Below are positions 1 to 13,239 of a DNA stretch of 64,000 nucleotides, in pieces (the first letter of the stretch is position 1; each line of letters starts with the position of its first letter). Source of the DNA: Euprymna scolopes (Eukaryota); NCBI GenBank assembly GCA_053919585.1, contig CM132800.1; one strand, given 5' to 3'. Position numbers and translations under genes: made by a program. The notes beneath the pieces are model-generated. The model saw nothing but the letters and a program-made list of their open reading frames with translations, had not been told where the DNA came from and searched no databases.

Positions 1-439
1 CTCGTATCCTGGAACTCATTTGCTCCAAAAGAGAGTTTCCATACGAATTCCAAGCGAAACAGAATGCATAAATAATAAGACTTTTATAAGTGAGAGGTGA
101 AAAGAATGAAAGGAATTAAATCTCTGTAGCGCTTGTGCAATTCCTGAATTTAAGAGACATTGCTCAAACCAAGTTCCTTGTTCTCTAAGACAGAAAGTAT
201 ATACCTATTGATTTATTTTCCATACTTTGGTATTTACACAGATTTGGACATGATAAGAATGTAAAGAATGTTTTCCCATCAAATGCATTGCTTTAATGAT
301 CACAACCATACGAAAAAAAAACACTTTATTGTTCTTGTACGTATTTTGTTTGTTTATTTTTCATAGTTCTTGATATTATACCTAAGTCTGCAATATGGTT
401 TCACTTGCAATAGGTTCTTTTAAAGTATTTAAATCATAT

Positions 440-1100
440 ACACTTTTTAATGTAATTTTTTCTATTGGGTTATAATAATACTGTATTTAATGAAAACTGC
501 GTTTGTTACAAAACACACACACGACGTATTTGTTTTTATAATGATTTTTTTTAGAATTTATATCAATATTGATATGACACGTAAGTGCGTTGTAATGGTT
601 TGCCATCACATACTTTGTTTAAAATCACTCTAATCTACACAAGTAACGCATTTTTCTTGGAATGACACATATGTACGTAATAATATTTTCACTTATAAAT
701 AATCCTAATTTACACAAGCGTTAATATTTGATAGTAATTTTTCTATTGATTAATTTTTCATAATTTTTTTAATACATACCAATTTCGACATGACATGTAA
801 TAACATTTTTTCTAGAAATGCGTTGGTTGTAATGGCACTCTGTTCAAACAAGCACCCAGTATTTTTAGTAAACAGTTTTCTATTGATGCATTTTCCATAA
901 TTTTTGGAATTTATTCTAATTTTTTCATGACGTGCAAATACAGAATAACGTTTTAACCTAACATGTGTTAGTTTAAAATGCTCCTTATCTTTAGAAACAC
1001 TCTATATCGTCTGATACTAATTTCTATTCATGCGCTGATTGAAAATATTAATATTGCTGCACGTATTTGTAAATATTAATATTACTGTCCCTATTTGAAT
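440..1100. repeat. Highly degenerate tandem repeat, period about 140 bp
   Basis: TTTTCTATTG-like motif recurs at ~460, 740, 877 and 1021. ATGACA/CGT and TAAC(G/A)..TTTT motifs recur at similar spacing. Confidence 0.35.
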
Positions 1101-1721
1101 AAGGACATAATTTTATGACATGATATGAATCCGGGGTAGATGTGTTGTTTTCTATTCTCCTTATTATTTTTTGTAGTTTTCTCGTTCTCTATTTTCCTTT
1201 ATCTCTTTNNNNNNNNNNNNNNNNNNNNNNNNNNNNNNNNNNNNNNNNNNNNNNNNNNNNNNNNNNNNNNNNNNNNNNNNNNNNNNNNNNNNNNNNNNNN
1301 NNNNNNNNNNNNNNNNNNNNNNNNNNNNNNNNNNNNNNNNNNNNNNNNNGCACGGTAAAATAAAAGTTAAATTTTGTCTAATAAACTCTAAAAAAGGAAT
1401 TAAATTAAAGAAAATAACAAAGTATATTATGTATTTTTAACTGGCCTTTCCGATGCAGCAATCAGATTTTAGAAAAAATAAATAACAAAGGAACAACAAA
1501 CATAATTGCAAAAACCCTTGTTCAAAATTATTGGCCCGGCTTTGTTTTTCTTTTAGTATCAGTATAATATCAATCAATTTCCGGTTTACGTACTTTCTGA
1601 ACTTTTTTATAGCCATATTATGCTTGTTTAACGCTAATTCAGTGAATAATTTTTCAGATAATTTTTAGATAGCGATTTATTTAAACTATTATAAGTGACT
1701 AAATTATAATTTTCAATCGCC

Positions 1722-2744
1722 ATGGTTAAAACTAAAGAACACAGCGAAGACGTCAGGAAGCTTGTTGTAGCATGCCATACCAATGGGGAGGGCTATAATA
1801 AGATTTCAAAGAAGCTAAACCTTCCCAAATCCACTGTTAGAGCCATAATAAACAAGTTCAAATCGCAAGGCCACGTTATGAGTTTAGAGGGTAGAGGGAG
1901 AAAAAGGATTCTTTCCCCAAGAGATTAACGGAAAATTGTTCGACAAGTAAAACAAAACCCAAGGATCTCTGTTGGGGAGATTGTTGATGAACAGAGCACC
2001 TCTGGAGTGAATGTATCTCGACATACAGTTGGTAGAGTTTTGAAGAGAACTGGTTTAAAAGCATGTCGTCTGAGAAAGACTCTCTTATTGAAGCCTATGC
2101 ACCTGAAAGCAAGGCTAGCCTTTGCAAAACGTCATATTGATAAAGATGTTGCATTCTGGAAACGTGTTCTATGGACTGACGAAACGAAAATAGAGTTATT
2201 TGGCCATAATAAAGTGTCTTATATTTACAGAAAATCTGGCGAAGCTTTCCTGCCTAAGAACACCATACCCACAGTGAAGCACGGTGGAGGCAGTTTGATG
2301 TTTTGGGGATCCGTTGCTGCCTCTGGACCAGGGCGACTTGTTAAGGTCACAGGTAGCATAAAAAAGGAAGATTATGTTAAAATATTGGATGAAAACCTGA
2401 AAGACTCTGGTAAAGAGCTCTCACTTGGTCGTCGTTGGTGGTTCATGCAAGATAATGACCCAAAGCATTCGGCTAAACTGACTAAGAAATTGCTTGAGGA
2501 CAATCATATTAATGTTTTGGAGTGGCCATCACAAAGCCCAGACCTTAATCCAATTGAAAATTTATGGAGAACATTAAAATTGAGGGTAATGCAAAGGAAG
2601 CTTAAGAATCTTATTCAATTGGAGGATTATTGTCAGGAAGAGTGGGCTAAAATTACTACTGAAGAGTGCAACAACTTGGTTGTAAACTATGAAAAGCGAC
2701 TGAGGAAGGTAATCAAGGCCAAAGGCTATACAATTGATTATTAA
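1722..2744 (+). pseudogene. Tc1 transposase, 340 codons, with one in-frame TAA at 1926-1928
   Basis: ORFs 1722-1928 and 2007-2744 are in the same frame and the linker reads RKIVRQVKQNPRIS.... Paired-like HTH N-terminus and GRGRKR motif. Catalytic motifs WTDETK, FMQDNDPKH and SPDLNPIEN, with 34 residues between the second D and E. Confidence 0.95.
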
Positions 2745-2750
2745 ATAAAT

Positions 2751-2963
2751 CGTGCCAATAATTTTGAACAAGGGTTTTTTTTGCAATTATGTTTGTTGTT
2801 CCTTTGTTATTTATTTTTTCTAAAATCCGATTGCTGCATCGGAAAGCCCAGTTACAAATACATAATATACTTTGTTATTTTCTTTAATTTAATCCCTTTT
2901 TTAGAGTTTATTAGACAAAATTTAACTTTTATTTTACCGTGCCAATAAATATGATCATCACTG
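2751..2963. repeat. Right TIR (213 bp) with inner and outer direct repeats (CGTGCCAATAA)
   Basis: CGTGCCAATAATTTTGA at 2751 and CGTGCCAATAAATATGA at 2938, mirrored in the left TIR. Confidence 0.9.
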
Positions 2964-3699
2964 TATATATCCATACCTATATGTNNNNNNNNNNNNNNNN
3001 NNNNNNNNNNNNNNNNNNNNNNNNNNNNNNNNNNNNNNNNNNNNNNNNNNNNNNNNNNNNNNNNNNNNNNNNNNNNNNNNNNNNNNNNNNNNNNNNNNNN
3101 NNNNNNNNNNNNNNNNNNNNNNNNNNNNNNNNNNNNNNNATTGTCTATTCTCAACGATGTTTTTTACTTATCTAATGTAAATAATTAATTACACGAAACA
3201 GATAAATAATTAATTCTTAGGAAGTGATCGTAATTAAAACTGGTGAGGCATCAATTTTAATGTAAAAAGTCTAGATTGTCAATAAAAAAACATTTCCATG
3301 GGATAAATTGTGGAAATAATTCTTTTGATTTCAAGGATATACGATCGTATCGAGATAAAAGATAAACGTAAATTCCGAAAAAAATCTACGTAGTTGAGCG
3401 TTTTGCTGGTAAGTAAAGCTAATACACCTTGCTTAAACAAAATTAAACCGTGTACAATTGAACCAAGTTGGCGAGATTAGCCTGTTTGAAGTACAAAAGA
3501 ATTATTATGCTCTAATAAATGAATTAAGAATGCACTTACGAAATGACTATTTTTATATATTTTTCTATGTATAGTTTAAGGTAATATCCAGGACTCACGC
3601 ACTTTCGGACCAAAAGTTTTATATGTTATTCTGCTGCTTTGAAGTTATGTTAAACGTATAACTGCTACCAAAGTCAAGATAAGTCACACCGAAATTAGA

Positions 3700-4125
3700 G
3701 ATAAGGTAATTGTACTGAATTCTATTCATATGAAGAACAAATAAAAAAGAGATTATACAAAAAAATCATGCAAAATCATCGAATACTTTGATATTTAAAT
3801 AAGAAATTAGTTATTTGTAGCGATTTTTACCCATATTAAAACAAATCGTATCGGTGGCAGAAAAAAGCGTCATACAAAAAGTATCACGTAAAATTATTTT
3901 CAAAAGTACTTGTATGGAATTCTACCTATATGAAAACAAAATCTTATCCGTGAAGGAAGGCGAACGTCGATTAAGAAAACATACGTAAGATCATGGAGTA
4001 GTTTGAGGTTTAAATAAGGAAAAAGCTATCTGTACATAATTTCACATATATGAAAGAACCAACGCCATGTTAGTCGGGTCGACACGTCGTACAACTAAAA
4101 ATCACGTAAAACTTTTGGGTAATTT
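3700..4125. repeat. Degenerate tandem repeat, about 110 bp x 4
   Basis: ATATGAA-like motif at ~3729, 3833, 3929 and 4049. AAAATCACGTAAAA-like motif at ~3762, 3880, 3977 and 4097. Confidence 0.5.
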
Positions 4126-4159
4126 TATTTAAAAAAAAAAGTAGTGAACTAGATGCCAA

Positions 4160-5230
4160 CTTCATATTAATTTAGTGCTTTTCTCTGGCGGCTTCCTGAG
4201 TTTTACGTTTTTACTGCTCACTTAAGAACTAATTTATTCTATAGGGTGTGTCTCTAGAACGTAGGTTTTAAAAGGACTTTGGGTGCCCGTTTGTTAGTGC
4301 TTTCAGCAGCGCTATAGGAGTATTGTAGATTTTGACTACTCACATAAAAATATTCTCTCTCCGAATTTGTGTGGTGCTCTGCGGGCCTCATTAATTAATA
4401 CATAACATTTCAGCAGTGCTCTAAAGGCTTCCTTAGATTAATATTTTACAAAAATCACTTAAATTTTTTCTTCCCGGGTAGGGAATAAAATACTGGTTTT
4501 ATTAGTATCTTAGGATATTCTTTTGTTTGGTTTAGTACTTTTAGTAACGATCTAGAGTCTCCCAACTTAAATTTTTATACTTCCCATTTTAAAGAAGAGC
4601 TCTAAGAAAATTGCTTTTAGTAGAGTTTTCGAGGCTTCCTCAATTAATTAATCAGATGTCTCTAGACACCTACTGAATTTTAGTTTTATTTCATCGTAAA
4701 TGTGTATTTCTTTAGCAGTAAAATTTAGTGTTTATAGTGTTCTGTGGGGGGTTCTTATTTTTATTTAGTGCTTAACGTAGCGCTATGGAAAAGAATACGG
4801 CGCTTCATATTTCCAGTGATTACTTAAAAAAAATTATCTTTCTCACGGGATTGAGAAGCTTGTTTGTTTATGTTCTGGGGCCACCTTACTTTTATTTAGT
4901 ACTATTGCTAGTTCTATTAAAGCCTCCTGAGTTTAATTTTTCCATTGCTTACTTAAAAAAATATTTTCTTTTCTAGGGGGAAAAATTTGGTTTGAGTAAT
5001 TCTCTGGAGGCTACCTACTTTTGTTTTTTGGTGCCAGTCGTGCGATTGAATCTTCCTGAGTTAAAAAAAAATCATATTCCTTGTAAAGGGTGCGAAACTT
5101 AGTTTTATTTGTGCTTTGGGGTTCTCTTATATTGTTATTTGTGTTTAAAGTAGCGCTCTGGATGCCTCCTGAATGGTTTACTTCTTCACTGGTCACTTAA
5201 TGATTTCTTATTTGGTAGGTTAGGAACTTG
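4160..5230. repeat. Degenerate tandem repeat, about 120 bp x 9
   Basis: Recurring TTTAGTGCT...AGCGCT...G(G/C)CT(T/C)CCTGA...CACTTAA unit. CACTTAA-like anchors at ~4219, 4341, 4456, 4588, 4821, 4951 and 5194. Confidence 0.6.
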
Positions 5231-6184
5231 CTTTTAGTAGGAGTCCTAGAGCAACAACATTGTTTTTTTTTCTTTTACGTATTATATTTTACGTGCAAGT
5301 GAAACATAAACTTATTTATAAAACAAATGCCTTCGTCTATAATGAATGATAAAGATATAAGCAATACAATAAATACGTTAACCACACTTGTGTAATACTG
5401 TTTTGTTATTTATATACCTATTAAATAATCTGGAAGAACCTCTGACCAAATAAATTATTAATTCACTATGACACATACGGAATATGTAAGTTATATAAAA
5501 AAGTGTTGAATGGTAAAGATATCACATGGATTAACAATAACCAATGTATTACGCGTAATAATGGAGTGGGTTACTTAGATCGTATTTAATGCTGACTCCA
5601 AATTTATTCAATACGCTAAATACGGCTGGCATTTGTATAAAATATTTTATTGCATTTACGTGTTATGTTAACTCGGACAGTGCTGCATACAATATAATGA
5701 CTGACACAACATATATAGAGGGGATACGAAAATTGTGATACGCAGTTCAAATAGAAGTAAATAAACGAGGGGGATTGACAGTAGATTAGATTTAATTGTG
5801 TATGATATTCTGTTTTAATTTATTGTCTTAAATCAGATATTAATTATTTTTTTATGTAAGTAGTTTCATCTATTATTTTTAACCTATTGAAACCAAAAGA
5901 ATTTCAGCTTCTTACAAGATTGCAAAAATATATATTCATTTTGAAAATGTTAAATTATTAAATAACGTACAATATAATTTTAATATATAGCAGTACAATT
6001 TCGACAATATTTCTTGCAAGGCATGGAATGTTTATTATTAACTTTAGAATAAAATGTACAAAATGTATTATAGAATTTCTCAATTTTCAACGTTAGTCTT
6101 GAAAAAATAATTTAAGTTCTATCTAAATATTATCTCGATATAGCTTATTTTGTTGCACATTTTAACAACTTTTGTTAAATTATA

Positions 6185-7435
6185 TTAGGTCGACAGGCAG
6201 GTTCTTGGGGGATTTTAATTTTGATTTAAAATTAAGTATTTTTGCATTAGTTCACGTTACAATAACTTAACTTCATATATCATTTAAAAGAGCGTTTTTT
6301 GCTCCATTTAATTGTTGAAATTACAATCGGTTTGAATCAATTATGTCTTCTGTTAAAAACGTTAAATACAAAATTGTAAAAGCAAATTTGCACACTTTTC
6401 CTTTTTTCAGACCGAAAAGCTGCTGCAACAGTCGCAATATAAACTATTTCTTTGGGCTAGGAACAATTACTGAACATCCATCATGATGGTAGTTCAAGAA
6501 ATTTTCTGGCGGCAAGGAGAGTCTTGGAAATGATAGGCGTAGTAGTCGAGCATCGGATGTTGACACCCATCAATTAAGAGGCTTAGCTGAAACCCATCAA
6601 CGCAGAACTGTTCGAGAACTTGCTTATTTATTAGACGTAACATATAGGGCAATTTTCTTTCACCTGAAAGAGATTTGAAAAGGCAAAGGCATAATAATTA
6701 TGTGCCTCACGGATTGAACCACAACTAAAAGGAACGCTGTTACGAAGTGTCATTACCCTTGCTTTTACGCTACAAAAACGACCCGTTTCTCGACCGGTTT
6801 GTGACTTGCAATGAAAAATGGGTTCTTTTCAACGAGCAGCTCGGTGGTTAGACGCCGCCGCAGCTCTGCGATACTTCTCGAAGACAGAGTTGTACAAAAA
6901 ATGGTCATGCTGACTGGTCTTGTCCGTTACTTTTTATTACAGGCGAAATCATTTCGGCGGATGAGTACTGTTAAAAAATTGATGAAATTCATAAGAAACT
7001 TCGACAATAACACCCATCATTCGTCAACAGAAAATCCCTATTCTCTTTCACGATAATGCCTGACCTGACGTTGCAAATCTACTCTGCCGTTGCAACACCT
7101 ACTATGGAGAAGTTGAACGAATTGGGCTACGAAACTCTGCTCATTTGCTATCTTCTCCAGAATTAAGATCTGTCGACTATCACATTTTCAAGCATCTCGA
7201 CAAGTTTCGGCGTGAGAAATGCTTCAAACACGTAAGTGATATCAGAAACGACTTCGACGACTTCATCACAAGAACAACACCAGATGTTTACGTTACTTGC
7301 TTAAATATATTTGCGTTGGCAAAAGGTTGTGGATTCTGATTATGCTTTTGTCGATCACTTAATTTTTGTTTAAGTCGAGATATTTTTATTTGAATTTAAA
7401 AATTAAAAACCACAAGAACTTACTTGCTAACCAGA
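6185..7435 (+). mobile_element. Decayed full-length mariner (cecropia/Hsmar1-like, DD34D)
   Basis: Imperfect TIRs TTAGGTCGACAGGCAGGTTCTTG / CAAGAACTTACTTGCTAACCAGA flanked by TA. Frameshifted peptides FKKFSGGKESLG, PFLDRFVTCNEKW and SPELRSVDYHIFKHLDKF. Confidence 0.9.
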
Positions 7436-7439
7436 TATT

Positions 7440-7870
7440 TTCTTATTTACGTTCACCCCTAATGAGGCCTAATACAACTCCCACGTAGTTGAGAGAATTT
7501 CTAGAAAAGATTAACAAGATGTTGGTTTACGTTACATTTAAGCTTCAGGATATCAGTACGGTCAAGTATGCAGGTAACTGGAAGGGATTTCCAAAGTCCA
7601 GTTGTTCGGGGGAGAAACAATTAAGGTAGAAACTGTGTGGCATTTAGGGACCTCAGCTGTAAAATGTGATGCGCTGTTGTTGCTAAGCGGGTTTGTCGGG
7701 AATATATACGTCAAGGAGGCACCCATGTATAGAAATATGATTTTCAGACTGATATGCGAATAGGTATGACGCGCACACACGAAGACAAAATTCATCTATA
7801 ACGCACCGGTTATTTGCCCTTGTCTTAGCTTTAGATCTATCCGACAGGTGGTGTCTCTATTTCCTGTTTC
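7440..7870 (-). mobile_element. CR1 (Zenon-like) LINE 3' fragment
   Basis: Reverse complement aligns by eye with 35790-36050 (HFTAEVPKCHT vs PYTIEIPRCKT; shared TACTGATAT...AACATCTTG). Confidence 0.7.
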
Positions 7871-8299
7871 GCATTCTCTATTCACTTCCGTTCTCTGTCT
7901 ATATCATTCTCTTTCACTTGAATCGTTGATGCTTACAGGCGCACATTTCTGCTTCCTTGGACAGGCGATAGCTTACTTTTAAAGTAAAACAAAGCTACAT
8001 CCATTGTTAATGTAAGACGACTCATGTATACATAAGCAGACTTATGTTAACGCTAGCGACACACACACACTCGCAATGAACTTATTAAAACTTTTTTTCT
8101 GTTCGTACATAAAAATACAGAAAACATTAAAAGTATAAACGCATACTAAGGCGTGTGCACACACCCACACGCACACACATGCGTGTACACATACACACAC
8201 ACACACTTTCTTGATAGTTATACCTTGTTTGTTCATTAAAATATATTATTTGTATGTACTGCAACTCGGTATTCGTTGTCTCATTTTTGAGACCTAAGT

Positions 8300-9830
8300 A
8301 TTCGAACGCGCATTTAAAAATCTTCAAATTGGTGACACACTTCACTACAAGTCTAACGAGTCTATCAGAACACATTCCATCAGAATATTTGTAAAGTACG
8401 CAACACTGTGGCGACGAAAAAGGGGTTAGAGCATTATAAACAAAGTGGGACATATTAGATTAAAGACTCTTTTTGGGGTCATATCCAAAAGGTAGAAATT
8501 TTAAGTAAACACACCAACCCATATGTGGCAACAATACTTTATGCGAGGGCGAACACGCCAGAGGGAAGCCACATCTCTTTCAGCAACCTACGCAATGTCC
8601 TCAGTGTATTTTTCCAAATCATATTGACTGTGAATGTAGGCCGAGAAGTTTGAAGGTATAAATCATGTGGAATGTTATATGTCATTGAAATCGGTGGTTG
8701 GAGATTTGTTTTTAATTGGTTAAGAAGAGCAACCGAGTTTACTTCTATTAAATGTTACCAATCTATTTACGGCCTTATTCCACTCTAGTTTGGACATTAT
8801 TTTCAAACGATTCCGCCATAGTATAAGATGTGTGTACGTCTGTTCATCCCTCCTGCGTGGTACAGAGTGTTGTATCATAAGCAAATATATTCATCACAGA
8901 CATAATAACATCAACAACAACCTGGGTAGTCAAATTGACTAAGAAGGATCTAATTATATTTTGAATACATCCAGTTATACTGTGCGATTTCATTTACATT
9001 AGCAGACCTTTGGTCTAGATTTTGTCAGAGGCCTTGAATATATCACAGACAAAAGCCCTTGATTTGCCCGCCCTATCCACTCCATGGCAGATGCGTTCAG
9101 AGATGACTTTTTAAGATATCTCGAGAGGAACACCATTACCAAAATTTATACCTTTTTTCAGAGAGATTAGATCTTGCGAGGTATTTGACTAGGTCTTGTT
9201 TAATTAAGTTCTTAAAGATTTAAGCAAAGAGAGGGAGGGCACTGATAGGGCGATAATTGAGAAGGACAGTACTTTTACCAATATTATTGTACACTGGTAT
9301 TATAGAGGGCACTATTTTGACAATTGGGAAGCAAGATTCAGCAAGGAGTTTATTGTTTGTAGGGTTTCGAGAGTACAGACGCTTTTTCAGCCGAACATGT
9401 CTTTATTAGTATAGGACGGGTTTACGGTGTCTATGTTTTTTTTATGATATCGCGGACATGAGAAAAAGTGATTTTCATATCATCTAGCGTGGTGTGTCAG
9501 GAAAATTTGGAAGATAGTTTTTTTTTGTTAGCTTTAAAAGAAAGTTGCAAGTGAATCGCCGGGCAAGCAGCGACTTTCTGCTTGATGTATAGTTGGTAAT
9601 TGGTATTGCCCTTTATTCACTACACTGTTAACAATTTTTTTTAATTGACGAGTTCCAAATTTTTGCGATTCTATATGTTCCCTGGTGATTTCAGCATGAC
9701 TGTTTGTGACTGTTGCTATTTCTCTCTCACGCAATATTTCTAGCGTCTATAAATGTTTGCCTATTTCCGTTTGATATATGACATGCAACCGGCGGGCTGT
9801 TTGTAATATTTGTGTAATGGCAGCTGCACA
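8300..9830 (-). mobile_element. Decayed CR1 (Zenon-like) ORF2 reverse transcriptase region
   Basis: Minus-strand peptides in the expected order: SQKFGTRQLKKIVNSVVNKG, SNYRPISALP, VISERICHGVDRAGKSRAFVCDIFKASDKI, NIFAYDTTL (YADD motif), KLLGL, RPRIKYCCHIW, LYKYSDGMCSDRL. Confidence 0.88.
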
Positions 9831-10825
9831 TAATCTAGATTGGCACTGCTCAAACTGTACATGTGTATATCTATATAATTAATTGCTAAATAATAGATAA
9901 TTTTATGTTAATGTGACATTTGAAGCTGCACAATAGATAAATTTTATTTAAATGTGAAATAGCAGCTGCAGAATTCAGATGTATATTTATTTAATTAATT
10001 GATAAATAATAGATGAATTAAATTTTGTGTACAACAAGCATACATAACATAAAATGAATCCAAAAATTTAGATTCAATTTAAATCAATTATCCTACCTTA
10101 TTTTTATCGTGTATTTCGACAATAGATAAATGAAAAATTAAATACTTAACCATTATTTTTAAAGTTTATTAAACAGATTTTCTTTAAATATTTTCATCTC
10201 TTGCAAGAAATGTTTTTCAAACTCGTATTATCTTTAAAACTATATTTAGAAGCAGACAAACAGAAGTGAATTAAAAAAATGGGGGTGCTTCTTTCATTTG
10301 TACTTTGAAAAAAAAAATAACGGGGCAATGATCGCGTTCACAAAAGTAGAATAAAATGAATGAAAGATGAAAATAAAATATCTTCTAGACGACTGAAGTG
10401 CTCCTTTCTTTGCTTCACGGTCAGCCTCCTTCTATTATTATTGTATGTAATCGCATAATATCTCCACAATAACTACCTCTGCCACAATAGCAGGTGCATT
10501 AACTGCAACTCCATGCCGGCTGCTTTATAAACAATCACAACGGCTGCATATATACGCGCTGGACGAATATTAAATCAGGCAAATAAGCAGACACAATACA
10601 GATTGTCTATAGAAAAAGTGTACAATTAATGAGTATTAAGAAGATGAAAGCACTTTGTTATTAACTGAATGTACTACTGCATTTAAAAATGCATTTCTAA
10701 TAGTATTGAATTACCTTCCTGACAGGCATTGTTCGGCTTTGCAATATTCTGATAATATGGGTTCTCTCTTGAAGGATCAGCCACTTTTTATCGTAATGAG
10801 TCATGTTTTATCTCAGTCCCATTAG

Positions 10826-11220
10826 GTTCTATATCCCAGGCATTACTCTCTTTTCTGAGACGTGTTGTTTGTTGATCGCCTCGGGTAGATAAAGTAAGCT
10901 CATGGGCGGTTTAACCTTTTATAAACTACAACTTCGACTCGAACCTGTGCCTTTTCGCTTTAAATTGGTGCCATATATAACCTGGTCTCACTTGGTATAA
11001 ATTTTAGATAGATGAAAGTATCGACGTAATCCGTTGTTCTATATCCCAGGCATTACTCTCTTTTCCGGTACGTTTATTTTAGATCGCCTCAGGTACATAA
11101 AATAGGTCCAAGGCCCTTTTCACATTTTATAACTACAAAATTGACTCGAACGTGTGCCCTTTAGCGTTAAACTGATTCCATATATAAACGTGTCTCAATT
11201 GGTATAAATTCTAGATATAT
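10826..11220. repeat. Direct tandem duplication, 210-bp period, two diverged units
   Basis: GTTCTATATCCCAGGCATTACTCTCTTTT at 10826 and 11036, with colinear similarity through ...GGTATAAATT(T/C)TAGATA. Confidence 0.85.
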
Positions 11221-12072
11221 TATACTAATAACGTACTCACACAAGCGTTAAGAATTAAATAAAGAAAAAATATATTACAACATAATGGAAACATGTTCAC
11301 CGGCAGATAAATAAACAGAAGGCTGAATATGCTGCCAATTAAACTTCGTTGGTTGTTTTAGATGGTTATTAATCAAATTTATCGTCCCGGAAATACGGAA
11401 GATACTTGATTGGTTCGGGAGACAAACACTATAACAAAAACCTTACCTATTCTCATTTTAATTATCTTTGGCCTGCCAGAATAAGAGGCATTTCCTACTA
11501 AAACAAATTGTATTCAAATAATCGGATATCATTTCCCAGTAATAGCATTCNNNNNNNNNNNNNNNNNNNNNNNNNNNNNNNNNNNNNNNNNNNNNNNNNN
11601 NNNNNNNNNNNNNNNNNNNNNNNNNNNNNNNNNNNNNNNNNNNNNNNNNNNNNNNNNNNNNNNNNNNNNNNNNNNNNNNNNNNNNNNNNNNNNNNNNNNN
11701 NNNNNNNNNNNNNNTTTTTAGTATTAAAAAGATATTAAGGTATCGGTAGTATTCTGATTGATTCTATTCCAAGGCTAGAAATACAGGCAACATTGCAAAC
11801 ACACTATTCGGATGGTTTATTACATAATCGTTGCACAAAATACAACATTTGAAGAATAAAAATTTAAGCCAATCTTCAATATGAATAAGATATAACATAA
11901 AACAACAAATAAACTTCTTTGCGTACCCAATACAACTAGTTGGAGTATCTGTCTCGGCAAAATATCTCCAATTGCAAGATGCACGCTTACTTAAACCATA
12001 CAATTGTTTACAATAAAGCTGTAATAAAAGCAATTCTTATTTGCCATGATATCTAATCAAAATGCCAGTGAC

Positions 12073-13203
12073 TGTAAAGTTTCTTTTAAGATTTATTATA
12101 AAATTAAAGCATAGTGCAATGTGATGAAAACAAGATTTCGTCTCTTTCTTCAATTAAGAATATTTCTACTCGTTCACTCGACTAGCAGAAATGTGCAGCT
12201 TATATATCTTAGATTAATTCATATTCACAATAATCTACCCCACCAAATTCTCATTAGTAAGGAAGAAAGTCCCTTAAATGTCAAACTTCCCTAAGAGCTC
12301 GTAGTGGCCGCATCAGCAGTCCATGATTCGGGGTCGGAGTGTTCAAACAGGAAGGCTCTTCAGTGCGAGCCTGTCTGTGAGCTCTAAAATACCTAGAAAT
12401 GTCTCTGAAATATCTCAGAATAAACACATTTTTTTGTTGCTAGTCCGTCATCCGTCAGAAATTCGGATGCTGACCCATCCGAAGAGTCTGATGCAGCCCC
12501 AGCAGTGTCATTAGACTGCGTGTCAGGAGCAATTTAAGCGCCACAATCTTCCGGATGGGCTTCAGCGTCAGGAGGAGTTGGTCTGTCCTCATGTGTTATT
12601 TACGGTCTTTGTATGTCTCCGGCAAGTTCTATTTCTCTGAGAGACACGTTTGACTCTCTATCATCTGCATGCCGCATTAGAGCGAATTAGGGTTCGCTTT
12701 TATGAGCTGTACTTCGTCCACCAAAGAGATCGTTCTTGGTGAAATGTTCATGTCCTCTCAGAATCACAATACCGAGTTGAGAGAGCCAAGACAGAAGTGA
12801 AGTCCCGCCGAACTCCTTCGCTGAAAGGATAAAAACCTTTCGTGCGAAGTTGCATTCTTTGCGGTAGACAATAGGGATGTAATGCCATATAATGCGACAG
12901 GAAGGGAATCTGCATAATTATCAAACACCAGTAATTTAAACGGTCTTTCAACTAATGCTGTTATAATTTTTGCATTGGCCATTACCCTTAGGGTTGTAAG
13001 GAGTTGTCCGACTATTAGCTACTCTTCGTTACTGTAGAAATTGTCGAAGCTGCTCTGACATGAAAGAAGCCCCTCAGTCATAAAGTATACAAACAGGAAC
13101 TTCAAAGACGGTGAATAGGTAGCAGAGGCATTGTATAATTGCAGTGGCCAATATATCTCACAATGGAAAGCAAAAGAAACCCGTACATATTCATAGACAA
13201 TAA

Positions 13204-13239
<36 letters not shown>

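Larger units (their letters stand above)
1350..2963 (+). mobile_element. Young Tc1 DNA transposon (DD34E, IR/DR type), about 1.63 kb; true left end at ~1329 lies in an N-gap
   Basis: 1350-1538 is the reverse complement of 2751-2942 with only a handful of differences. The right end is ...CATCACTG followed by TA (2964-2965). A transposase lies between the TIRs. Confidence 0.96.

Noticed and set aside
2007-2744. 245-aa ORF as an intact stand-alone gene
   Set aside because: It is the downstream part of the 1722-2744 transposase after a premature stop and lacks the N-terminal DNA-binding region.
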